Below the pieces are notes generated by a model. That model saw only the letters and a list, made by a program, of their open reading frames with translations. It was not told the DNA's origin and made no database searches. The translations under genes were made by a program, and so were the position numbers. 64,000 nucleotides of DNA from Candidatus Xenobia bacterium (GTDB taxonomy: Bacteria; Vulcanimicrobiota; Xenobia; Xenobiales; QWHO01), in the NCBI GenBank assembly GCA_045863235.1, contig BTUM01000008.1, positions 72,767-136,766 on the forward strand. Reading direction: 5' to 3'. Positions 28,531 through 37,277 of this stretch are shown here, piece by piece. The stretch's first letter is position 1. The number at the start of each line of letters is the position of its first letter.

Positions 28531-30546
28531 GTGCAGATCCCGCCCACCGGATTGACCTTTTCCCCGGCGCTGCGGCCCCAGGTCGCTGCCGACGCTCAGG
28601 CTCCTGTGCAGGCAGCGGCCGAACAGCGGCCGGCCCGTCTGCCAACGGTGGCCGAGCTGAGGCAATGGGCCATGTGCGAGCCGGAGCGTGCCCAGAGCGA
28701 GCTGCTCGGCCTCCTGAAAGGGCGAGCCGAAGGTCTGGCGCGCCTGCGAGCCGTGCTGACGGCGGCCAAAGGCGATGAGCCTTTGAAACGTTTGCTCGAG
28801 CCGCACCGGCAGCAGATCTGGAGCACGGGCAACATGGCCTTCAATCTCAAGCTGCTGGAGGAGAAGCACCTGCCCGACACCGGTTTCGCGCAGCGCGAGT
28901 TGTGGCCCCGGGTGGGCGAGAGCTCGGAAGCGACCCGAGCCCTGCAGACCTTGTGGGAAGTGGCAGGCCCTTACGACCGTAATCAAAGGTTGGCTCCTCT
29001 GCTGACCCTGGAGCGACCGATCGGCCAGGAAATGGGCACCCTGCTGGAACAGCAGTTCACCCGTTGGAGTCGGCCGGGAGCCGAGTTGCGTGCTCACCTG
29101 CAGGCCCGGGTGGAGCAGTCGCTGACCCGGCTGGCCGAGCACCCCCTGGGCCAGGCGCTGCCCGACCCCGAGCTGGAGGCCCATCGCCAGCAACTGCAAG
29201 CGCTGACGCCATTCGTGGAGGACAAGCAGCTGGCCCGGCGCTTGCTGGAGCGGGTGATGGCCGATCCCAGCTTGGCGCTCTTTAGCGAAGCCGGCAAGGC
29301 TTCGGGACTTGCCAGCCTTGTCTACCAGCGGATCTTTCCCGACCCGGAAATCAGCCAGGCTCTGCTCTCTGAGCTTGGCAGCGAGCTGAAGTCGGCCGGA
29401 AGCCTGGCCGGGCTCTCCGAGCGGGGTCTACGGGTGTTCGGTGTGCTGGTGGCCCAGGCCGACGACCGGTCCGTGATGGGCCCGCTGGGGGCCGTTCTGG
29501 AAGACGAATTCCGCCGGCCTCACAGCGACCCGAATCAGGCCGAGCTGCTGACCCGCCTGCTGGTTCTGAATGCCAGTGCCTGCTCCAGCGCCTTGCAGGG
29601 CAACTGGCGCATGGAAGAGAGCTTTCCACGCTTGCGCCAGATGGTGGAGCTGCTGGTGGAGTCCAAGTGGGCCCACGCCGACCGCCAGTGGCACCACCTC
29701 GAGAACGGCTGGGCGGGGGGGCTGACCGAGCAGTTGGAGAAGCACCTCTGGCACGGAATCTATGGCCAGGATCCGGTGCCCACCGTGGCCCCCGTTCAGG
29801 ACGGGTCCCTCAGCCTGAGCGTCAAGGCGGGCCGCCAGCACGTGGCCGAAATGCTGGACCAGTTTGCCGCCGGACCCGAGAATCCCAAGGCCGGGGCGGC
29901 CATCCAGATCCTCGAGCATCTGGCCCAGCGCGATCAGATCCTGGCCGATCACCTCCTGGCCGACAGCAAGACCCTGCTGCGAGACTGGAACTCCGTGCCC
30001 GTCGAAGGGGTGCGCTACGCTGTCGCGCGCCTGCGTAACCGCCTGCTCGAGCGCAACCTGAAGCTGCCGGCCGCCGAGCGCGAGGCAAAGCGCGAGGAGA
30101 CGCTGCAGATCGCCGCCAGCATGGGACGCGACGGCGTGCCCCTGGTGACCGCACTGCAGACCTACTACCCGGCCGTGACCCCGGTGGCCACCCGGCTGCT
30201 CGATCCGCAGGCGGTGCTGGCCCTGTATCAGGAGGTGCAGTCACACGGGCCCAACCTCAATCAGCGCTTCGAGTGGGTGGATCGCCTGCTGACCCTGGTA
30301 CAGGCTCAGGGCTCGGAGCACGTCTTGGAGGATACCCTGAAGGGCTATCGGCGGCTGGAAGAGCTGCTGGCCAGCGGCCAGAGCCTGACTCAGGCCATGC
30401 AGGTGGTCGCTCTGGAGATCCTCGACCTCAATGGCCTGCTCGGCGGGCAGCCGAACGCCGGCCGAGCGCCCACCATGATTCGGGAGGATTCCACCTCCAC
30501 GACTTTCGGAGGCAGCCGGCTCAAGAAACGACGGGTCAGCGACTGA
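28531..30546 (+). CDS. Large helical hypothetical protein with C-terminal FGGSRLKKRR tag
   Basis: 671-aa Leu/Ala/Glu-rich ORF with GC3 bias, filling the gap between Fpg and heparinase genes. Confidence 0.75.
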   Translation: MQIPPTGLTFSPALRPQVAADAQAPVQAAAEQRPARLPTVAELRQWAMCEPERAQSELLGLLKGRAEGLARLRAVLTAAKGDEPLKRLLEPHRQQIWSTGNMAFNLKLLEEKHLPDTGFAQRELWPRVGESSEATRALQTLWEVAGPYDRNQRLAPLLTLERPIGQEMGTLLEQQFTRWSRPGAELRAHLQARVEQSLTRLAEHPLGQALPDPELEAHRQQLQALTPFVEDKQLARRLLERVMADPSLALFSEAGKASGLASLVYQRIFPDPEISQALLSELGSELKSAGSLAGLSERGLRVFGVLVAQADDRSVMGPLGAVLEDEFRRPHSDPNQAELLTRLLVLNASACSSALQGNWRMEESFPRLRQMVELLVESKWAHADRQWHHLENGWAGGLTEQLEKHLWHGIYGQDPVPTVAPVQDGSLSLSVKAGRQHVAEMLDQFAAGPENPKAGAAIQILEHLAQRDQILADHLLADSKTLLRDWNSVPVEGVRYAVARLRNRLLERNLKLPAAEREAKREETLQIAASMGRDGVPLVTALQTYYPAVTPVATRLLDPQAVLALYQEVQSHGPNLNQRFEWVDRLLTLVQAQGSEHVLEDTLKGYRRLEELLASGQSLTQAMQVVALEILDLNGLLGGQPNAGRAPTMIREDSTSTTFGGSRLKKRRVSD

Positions 30547-32641
30547 ACTGCCGTTCGAGCTCCTCGGCCCGGGGGACGGCGGGATCGCCTGGCTCCCAGC
30601 CAAACCAGAGATAGACCACAGCTGGCAGAGTGACTCTGCAGTAGTAGCGCAACCGCTGGGTGGCCACCGGCCGGCCGTTCTCTGACCAGACCCAGCCGGC
30701 GAAGGGCTGGGTACGACCCTTATGCATCTCGTAGCGAAAGCGAGTCGGAAAAACCGGATGGATGCGGGCCTGCAGGCGGCGCCCCCGGAGCAGGCAACCC
30801 ATGTCGCCTCGCATCATCACGTCGATGTGAGGGGCGAGCAGCAAGACCTCCTCGAGTTGCACTTCCCCCTCGCCCTCCAGGCTGTCGCGCACGGCCAGGC
30901 GCTTCTTCTCGGGCTGGAACAAGAGCTCACGACGCAGACGGAAGGGTCGCTCGGAGCCCATCCAGACGTCGCGGCCGCCGGCCATGGAGAGGCCTTCGCG
31001 GCGCTGCTCCACGGCCAGGCGATGTCCCTCCCCGCTGAGCTGCAGGGGCTCGAGCTCTCCGGCCACGCGCGGGGCTGAGTGGCAGGAAAGGGAGGCGAAG
31101 GCCTGAGCCACCGAGCCTGGAGCTGCCGGCCCTCCCGGCTCGACCAGGACGGGCTCGCCCTCCAGGGTCAGGACCAGGCTGAGCAGATCGTCGTGGGCAA
31201 GGGGGGGCGGGAACCTGGACTCGGGGGGTGCCTCCAGCGGCAAGCCCCGCAGCAGGCACCAGCTCGAGCGCGACTCCCAGCCGTCGCGCACGGTCACCAG
31301 CCCGGCCTCGGGATAATATCCTCCCACCGGGGGCAGAGCGGTATCGCTCAACGAGTCATAGCGCGACTGGGCCGAGGGGCCGAACCACCAGAGCATCTCC
31401 ATCGGCATCTCCCCCGCCAGTCGCGCCAGCGCCCCGTGCCCCAGGGCCAGAGCCCCGAAAGCGAGCAAGCGCTGGGTGTGCTCGGAGGGGCCACAACAGC
31501 GGCCCAACAGGCCCGGACCCTGGCCACGTCCGATCTCGGGCACGAGCGCGTTGGGCGGGCGCAGATGGCAGAGGGCCTCCAGAGCCTCCTGGGCCCGAGC
31601 TGCCAGGACATCACCGGTGTGCATCTGGTTCAGGCGGTGCAGAGCTGCTGGCAGCAACAGCCACTCGCAAGCCTGGCGCTGGGCTGCCGCGGAACCGCTC
31701 TTGTGCAGTCCGTCCTGGCCCAACTCGTTCTGGACACAGATCGGGAAAGCCGCCGATGACTGGCGCAGCCACTTCTTGCTGAGCACCAGCTCGGGCAGGG
31801 TCAGGGCCAGCACCTGCAGCGCCGAGGCCGTGCAGAGGCGGGGGTGCTCGTGCAAGCTGCGCGACAGAGCCAGACCGTGTAACAGCAGCGTGCGCAGTAC
31901 ACGGCCCAGCACATCGGCCGTCAACTGGGCCGACTTGAGGAAGTAGTGCATGGCCAGCAGCCAGTTCAGGGTGCGGTGGGCCACCATCTCGGGGTCCATC
32001 CAGTTGACCCCGAAGAGAGGCGGATTGCGCTCGCTCCAGTCCACCATCTGCACGATGAACTCGCTGGCGAAGCGCTCATGGCCGGTCAGCCAGTAAGCCC
32101 GCCCCATGTCCACGAAGTGACCGTGACGGTTGAATTCCCAGGTCACCTGGATGGCCGCCTCGGGACTCGTCCCCGCCAGCTGCTCCTCGAGGTCCTCCAG
32201 CGAGCCGTACATCCACGAGCCGCCCTTGAAGTCGGAGAACCAGTCGATGGCTCCCTGAAAGCTCTGCTCCTCCACCCCCAGAGGGCCAAAGGTGTGGTGC
32301 AGCGCCCGCTCGACCTCGCTCAGAAGCCGGTTGGCCTCTTCGCGCCGCTCGGCCAGAGCCGGCCGCAGCATATCGCACTCGGTGAAGTGCAAGAAGAATA
32401 GCGGACGGATCCGGTCGTGGAAGTGCTCGAGCAGGTGCTCGGAAGCCTCATGCAGGCGCTGGGCCCGGGCAGCGGCCCGAGCTTCCTCCAGCGCCGCGGT
32501 GAGCGGACTGAGCTGAAAGTAGAGGTCAGGCTCCTCGAGCGTGAGCGGAAGGCGCTCGTGCACATGCTCTGAGAGCCGCGCCTCCAGGTCTTCCTGGTGG
32601 CCCAGCAGAGTCTTGACGCGCTTCTTCAGACCCTTGAACAA
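30536..32641 (-). CDS. Heparinase II/III-like protein
   Basis: WEFNRHGHF, AYWLTG, W..RNPP..GVNW N-terminal domain followed by a beta-sandwich region; TTG start after the degT stop is inferred. Confidence 0.75.
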   Translation of the reverse strand: MFKGLKKRVKTLLGHQEDLEARLSEHVHERLPLTLEEPDLYFQLSPLTAALEEARAAARAQRLHEASEHLLEHFHDRIRPLFFLHFTECDMLRPALAERREEANRLLSEVERALHHTFGPLGVEEQSFQGAIDWFSDFKGGSWMYGSLEDLEEQLAGTSPEAAIQVTWEFNRHGHFVDMGRAYWLTGHERFASEFIVQMVDWSERNPPLFGVNWMDPEMVAHRTLNWLLAMHYFLKSAQLTADVLGRVLRTLLLHGLALSRSLHEHPRLCTASALQVLALTLPELVLSKKWLRQSSAAFPICVQNELGQDGLHKSGSAAAQRQACEWLLLPAALHRLNQMHTGDVLAARAQEALEALCHLRPPNALVPEIGRGQGPGLLGRCCGPSEHTQRLLAFGALALGHGALARLAGEMPMEMLWWFGPSAQSRYDSLSDTALPPVGGYYPEAGLVTVRDGWESRSSWCLLRGLPLEAPPESRFPPPLAHDDLLSLVLTLEGEPVLVEPGGPAAPGSVAQAFASLSCHSAPRVAGELEPLQLSGEGHRLAVEQRREGLSMAGGRDVWMGSERPFRLRRELLFQPEKKRLAVRDSLEGEGEVQLEEVLLLAPHIDVMMRGDMGCLLRGRRLQARIHPVFPTRFRYEMHKGRTQPFAGWVWSENGRPVATQRLRYYCRVTLPAVVYLWFGWEPGDPAVPRAEELERQFSR

Positions 32642-32648
32642 ACCGCCT

Positions 32649-33761
32649 TCAGACGGCGCCCACGGGCGCGCCAAAGAACTGATGGACCACTTTGGAGACG
32701 GTGGCCGTCTGGTCCTCGGTCAACTCGGGGAACATGGGGAGAGAAAGCACTTCGTGCTGGGCCTTCTCGCTTTCGGGCAGGCTTCCCGCCGGAATCTGCA
32801 GATCGGCGAAAAGGGGCTGCTGGTGCAGGCAGACGGGATAGTAAACCACGCTGCCTACGCCGTGGTCATTGAGGTAGGCCTGCAGCTCCTTGCGCCGGGC
32901 GGTGCGAACCGTGTACTGATGATAGACGTGGTACGCGCCCGGGGTCGCCTGAGGCACCGTCACCACGTCGCTCAAGAGCTTGTGGTAGCGCTCGGCCACC
33001 TGGCGACGGCAGGTGTTCCACTGATCGAGATACTTCAGCTTGACACGCAGGGCGGCGGCCTGGATCTCGTCCAGGCGGCTGTTGGTGCCCAGAATTTCGT
33101 GGTGATACTTCTTGGCGCTGCCGTGGCCGCGCAGCTTGCGCACCTTCTCGGCCAGCTCGGGGCGGTTGCTCAGCACCATTCCGCCGTCCCCGATCCCGCC
33201 CAGGTTCTTGGACGGGAAGAACGAGAAGCAACCGAAGTCGCCGATGGTCCCCACTTTGCGGCCGTTGTAAGTGCAGCCGGCGGCCTGGGCGCAATCTTCG
33301 ATGACGGCGAGCTTGTGGCGCGAGGCCAGGGCCATCAGCTCGTCCATCGGAGCGGCATTGCCGTAGAGGTGGACCACCACGAGGGCCCGCGTGCGGGGGG
33401 TGATGGCCCGCTCCACGCTGGCCGGGTCGAGGCAGTAAGTCACCGGGTCGATGTCGGCAAAGACCGGCCTGGCTCCCGCCAGTGCCACCGCTCCGGCCGT
33501 GGCCATGAAGGTGAACGAGGGACAGATCACCTCGTCGCCAGGGGCGATGTCGAGGGCCCGCACCGCCAGGTGCAGGGCGTCGGTGCCGTTGGCCACGCCG
33601 ATGCCGTGAGCGGCCTGGTTGTATGCTGCAAACTCGTTCTCGAAGGCCTGGACCTCGGGGCCCAGAATGTAGTGGGTGCCACGCAGTGCGCGCAGGACGG
33701 CCTCTTCCAGCTCCTGGCCGATATTCTTGTACTGGCTGGCCAGCTCTAAGATCGGGATCAT
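32649..33761 (-). CDS. DegT/DnrJ/EryC1/StrS PLP-dependent sugar aminotransferase
   Basis: VANGTDAL, IEDCAQA, FSFFPSKNLG (PLP Lys), NSRLDEIQAA. Confidence 0.95.
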   Translation of the reverse strand: MIPILELASQYKNIGQELEEAVLRALRGTHYILGPEVQAFENEFAAYNQAAHGIGVANGTDALHLAVRALDIAPGDEVICPSFTFMATAGAVALAGARPVFADIDPVTYCLDPASVERAITPRTRALVVVHLYGNAAPMDELMALASRHKLAVIEDCAQAAGCTYNGRKVGTIGDFGCFSFFPSKNLGGIGDGGMVLSNRPELAEKVRKLRGHGSAKKYHHEILGTNSRLDEIQAAALRVKLKYLDQWNTCRRQVAERYHKLLSDVVTVPQATPGAYHVYHQYTVRTARRKELQAYLNDHGVGSVVYYPVCLHQQPLFADLQIPAGSLPESEKAQHEVLSLPMFPELTEDQTATVSKVVHQFFGAPVGAV

Positions 33762-34825
33762 ACGGTCTCCTTTGCTCTTTTGCTCGGGACGGCTTCGTGG
33801 GCGAGGACGTCCAGAATTCGTTCGGCCGTGAGGCCGTCTCCATAAAGCTCGGGGTGGGCGGCCGGGGGACGGGTTGTTAGCCCCGCCAGGATGCGGGCCC
33901 GGTCGTGCCCCACCAGCGTGTTCCAGCCGGCGGCCACCGTCTCCACCCACTCGGTCTCTTCGCGCAAGGTCAGGCAGGGGGTCTTGAGCAGATAGGCTTC
34001 CTTCTGCAGCCCTCCCGAGTCGGTCAGCACCAGGCTGGCCCGCTCGAGCCAGGCCAGAATCTGGCGGTGGCCGGCAGGCGGCAACAGACGCACGGGCCCG
34101 TCCTCGAGCAGCCGGTCCAAGCCGGTCTGGCGCAGGATCTGCAGGGTGCGAGGGTGACAGGGGAAGAGCACCGGCTGGCCGTGCTCGCGCAACACCGTCA
34201 AAATGACTTCCAGGCCCTCAGGAGTCATCTCGGCCCGGTGCATGGTCAGCAGCAGGTAGGGGCCTTCGGGGGCCGGCTCGGCGGGCGGGCCGGCCAGAGT
34301 GCGGCGCAGGGAGTCCACCATGATGTCGCCCACCAGGTGCACGCCGCCGGTGATGTTCTCCCGGGCCAGGTTGTCCACCGCAGTCTGGCAGGAGGCGAAA
34401 TTCCAGCGGGCCAGATGGTCGGTCAGCACCCGATTCACCTCTTCCGGAACGCGCATGTCGAAGCAGCGCATCCCCGCCTCGACGTGGGCCACCGGTATGT
34501 GCAGCTTGGCGGCCGCGAGAGCCCCCGCCAGGGTGCTGTTGGTGTCGCCGAAAACCAGCAGCACGTCGGGCGACTCGGCGAGCAGGATCTCCTCCACGCG
34601 CTCCAACATGCGCCCGGTCTGGGCTCCGTGGGGAGCCGAGCCCACCCCCAGGTGGTGCTGAGGGCGAGGCAGCCGCAGCTCGTGGAAGAACTGGTCGGAC
34701 ATCCCCTCATCGTAGTGCTGGCCGGTATGCACCAGCACGCTTTCAAATCGGCCTGCCATGGGCTCGATCAGAGGGGCCAGCTTGATAAACTGGGGGCGGG
34801 CCCCCACCACGGTAACGATCTTCAC
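33758..34825 (-). CDS. wecB: UDP-N-acetylglucosamine 2-epimerase (non-hydrolysing)
   Basis: VGARPQFIK, HTGQHYD, GDTNSTLA, HVEAG.R, TDSGGLQKEA. Confidence 0.95.
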   Translation of the reverse strand: MKIVTVVGARPQFIKLAPLIEPMAGRFESVLVHTGQHYDEGMSDQFFHELRLPRPQHHLGVGSAPHGAQTGRMLERVEEILLAESPDVLLVFGDTNSTLAGALAAAKLHIPVAHVEAGMRCFDMRVPEEVNRVLTDHLARWNFASCQTAVDNLARENITGGVHLVGDIMVDSLRRTLAGPPAEPAPEGPYLLLTMHRAEMTPEGLEVILTVLREHGQPVLFPCHPRTLQILRQTGLDRLLEDGPVRLLPPAGHRQILAWLERASLVLTDSGGLQKEAYLLKTPCLTLREETEWVETVAAGWNTLVGHDRARILAGLTTRPPAAHPELYGDGLTAERILDVLAHEAVPSKRAKETV

Positions 34826-36588
34826 GCTCCCCGCCTTTCTGGCAACAGCACGGGCGGCCTCAATTGCGATTCGTAGATGCGCGAGTAGAAACCACCCCGC
34901 TCGAGCAGGGTGGCGTGCTCACCCTCTTCCACCACCTGACCGCCCTCGAGCACCAGAATGCGGTGGGCATGGCGGATGGTGTTGAGACGATGGGCGATGA
35001 CCAGGCAGGTGCGCCCGCGCATGGCGCGCTCGATGGCCTCGGTGATCTGGGCCTCCGACTCGGAGTCGATGGAGGAGGTGAACTCGTCTAAAATAAGCAC
35101 TTTCGGGTCGCGCAGCATGGCTCGGGCGATGGCGATCCGCTGGCGCTGGCCGCCACTCAAGCGGGCGCCGCGCTCGCCCACCTGGGTGGCATAGCCGTCC
35201 GGCAAGCGGGTGATGAAATCGTGGGCGTTGGCCAGCCGCGCCGCTTGCTCGAGCTGCTCGGGGGTAGCCACGAACCCGCAGGCGATGTTCTCGGCGATGG
35301 TCCCGGTAAACAGGGAAGACTCCTGGATCACCACCCCGACCTGCCGGCGGAGGCTGGAGGCCGTCACCTGGCGGATGTCGTGCCCGTCCACCCGCACCAC
35401 TCCGGCGGTGGGGTCGTAGAAACGGGGGATCAAGTTGACCAGGCTGGTCTTGCCCGCCCCGTTCGGGCCCACGATGGCCACCACTTCACCGGGCGCGATG
35501 GTGAGCGTCAGATCGCTCAAGATCGGCTTACCCGGCTGGTACTCGAAGCCCACGCCCTCCAGGCGAATCTCGCCCCGGATCGGAGGCAGCTCGCGGGCGT
35601 CGGGCGCGTCGGCGATATCAGGTGCCTCGTCGAGCACCTCGAAGAGCCGCTTACCGGCAGCGGTGGCGACCTGGAACCGGGCATAGCTGTCGGCCAGCTT
35701 GTTGATGGGATTGGAGGTCATGATCATCAGCATCCAGTACTGGATAACGGCCGTGAACGTGACCGTGCCCTGCAGAATGCGCAGAGCGCCGAACCAGATG
35801 ATGGCCACGATGGCCAGTGCGCACAGGATGTCGGTGAGGGGCAACTGGAACGAGGAGATCTGGATCAACTTGAGCTGAGCTGCGAAGTTCTCTTCGTTCT
35901 TGCGCTCGAAACGCTCAATCTCAAGATTCTCCCGGGTGTAAGCCTTGACGACCTTGATGTTGCCCAGGCTTTCGTGCAGGATGGCGATGAGGTCGGCCAG
36001 CCTGACCTGGATGCGTTCGGTCACAGTGTTGATTCTCTGCCCGATACGCGAGATGGTGATCCCCAGCAGAGGGCTCAGAGTCAAAACCATCAGCGTCATC
36101 TGCCAGTCGAAGTAAACCATCAGGCTGAATGCCCCGGCCACCATCAACAGGTTCTTACCGAAGTCAGCCAGCAACGGATACACGCTGGTGCTGGTCTGAA
36201 TGTCATTGGAGAGGCGGGAGATGAGGTCACCCTGGTTGTTGCGGTCGAAATAGGGGACGCTCATGCGCTGGAGATGGCGGAAAATCGCGTTGCGAAAGTC
36301 GCGCACGGCCAGTTGACCGGCCATGTCCACCAGGTAGCGCATCAAGTAGCCCACCACGCCGCCAGCCAGCATCACAAGCATGAATCCGCCGCAAATGAGG
36401 TTCAGCTCGATCAGCGGGTCGCGGCCCTGGTAATTGAAGTTCTCCTCGGTCATCAGCCCGAACAACCTTCCGACGAAAAGGGGCTGGACCAGTTGCGTGA
36501 CAGTACCCAGGCAGGTCATGATCAAACCGCCCAGGACATACTTCCAGTAGGGTCGCAGATAGCCCAGAATGCGGCCTAGAATCCGCAT
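34822..36588 (-). CDS. ABC exporter, fused permease/ATPase (MsbA-like)
   Basis: TM domain, GPNGAGKT, LSGGQRQR, ILDE, IAHRL. Confidence 0.92.
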   Translation of the reverse strand: MRILGRILGYLRPYWKYVLGGLIMTCLGTVTQLVQPLFVGRLFGLMTEENFNYQGRDPLIELNLICGGFMLVMLAGGVVGYLMRYLVDMAGQLAVRDFRNAIFRHLQRMSVPYFDRNNQGDLISRLSNDIQTSTSVYPLLADFGKNLLMVAGAFSLMVYFDWQMTLMVLTLSPLLGITISRIGQRINTVTERIQVRLADLIAILHESLGNIKVVKAYTRENLEIERFERKNEENFAAQLKLIQISSFQLPLTDILCALAIVAIIWFGALRILQGTVTFTAVIQYWMLMIMTSNPINKLADSYARFQVATAAGKRLFEVLDEAPDIADAPDARELPPIRGEIRLEGVGFEYQPGKPILSDLTLTIAPGEVVAIVGPNGAGKTSLVNLIPRFYDPTAGVVRVDGHDIRQVTASSLRRQVGVVIQESSLFTGTIAENIACGFVATPEQLEQAARLANAHDFITRLPDGYATQVGERGARLSGGQRQRIAIARAMLRDPKVLILDEFTSSIDSESEAQITEAIERAMRGRTCLVIAHRLNTIRHAHRILVLEGGQVVEEGEHATLLERGGFYSRIYESQLRPPVLLPERRGA

Positions 36589-36610
36589 GGATTGAACCGC
36601 GCCCACCTGC

Positions 36611-37084
36611 TTACCCCAGCGGCTCGAGCAAGAAGATCTTTTGCCCGGACTCGACCACGGCGGCGTTCTCGACGAGGATGCCGGCAACGCGACCGGGCAT
36701 CTCAGCGGTGATCTCGTTCATCAGCTTCATGGCTTCAATGATGCAGAGAGTCTGGCCCACGCTCACATGGTCGCCCACCTGCACGAAGGGCGGAGCCCCC
36801 GGGTTGGGGGAGCGATAGAAAACACCCGCCAGAGGCGAGACCACTGGTCTCAAGTTCTCGTTGGCAGGCTCGGGAGCGGCCGTAGCAGGCCGGACCGGAG
36901 AGCGTCTGGCCGCCACCGCCAGCGGCGTCTGGACGGGGACCGCTACCGGTTGAGCCTCCCCCGTATCCACGATCAGGTGGATACGCGCGTTCTCGTTGCG
37001 ATAATCGATCTCGGCCAGACCTTCTTCCCGGGCCACCCGAGCCAGAGCCCGGGCTAATTCGAGATGTTCCTTCAATCCGCTCAC
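36611..37084 (-). CDS. accB: Acetyl-CoA carboxylase biotin carboxyl carrier protein
   Basis: SPLAGVFYRSP.P, IEAMKLMNEI biotinyl-Lys motif. Confidence 0.93.
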   Translation of the reverse strand: MSGLKEHLELARALARVAREEGLAEIDYRNENARIHLIVDTGEAQPVAVPVQTPLAVAARRSPVRPATAAPEPANENLRPVVSPLAGVFYRSPNPGAPPFVQVGDHVSVGQTLCIIEAMKLMNEITAEMPGRVAGILVENAAVVESGQKIFLLEPLG

Positions 37085-37277
37085 CTCTCGCTGAGGAGCG
37101 AGTATCCCACCTGCTCCCAGGCATGACGATCTGCGACCCCCGCCACAACAGTCGCCTCAACATGCCAAAATCCAGCGAGAATGTCAAGAAAATCCGGGGT
37201 CCGCGGAGGAGCCCTACGCCCCGCCAGGGACCGCCCGCCTGCACCTGTCTGGAGTAGAGGGCCTCTCGAAGACGCTG

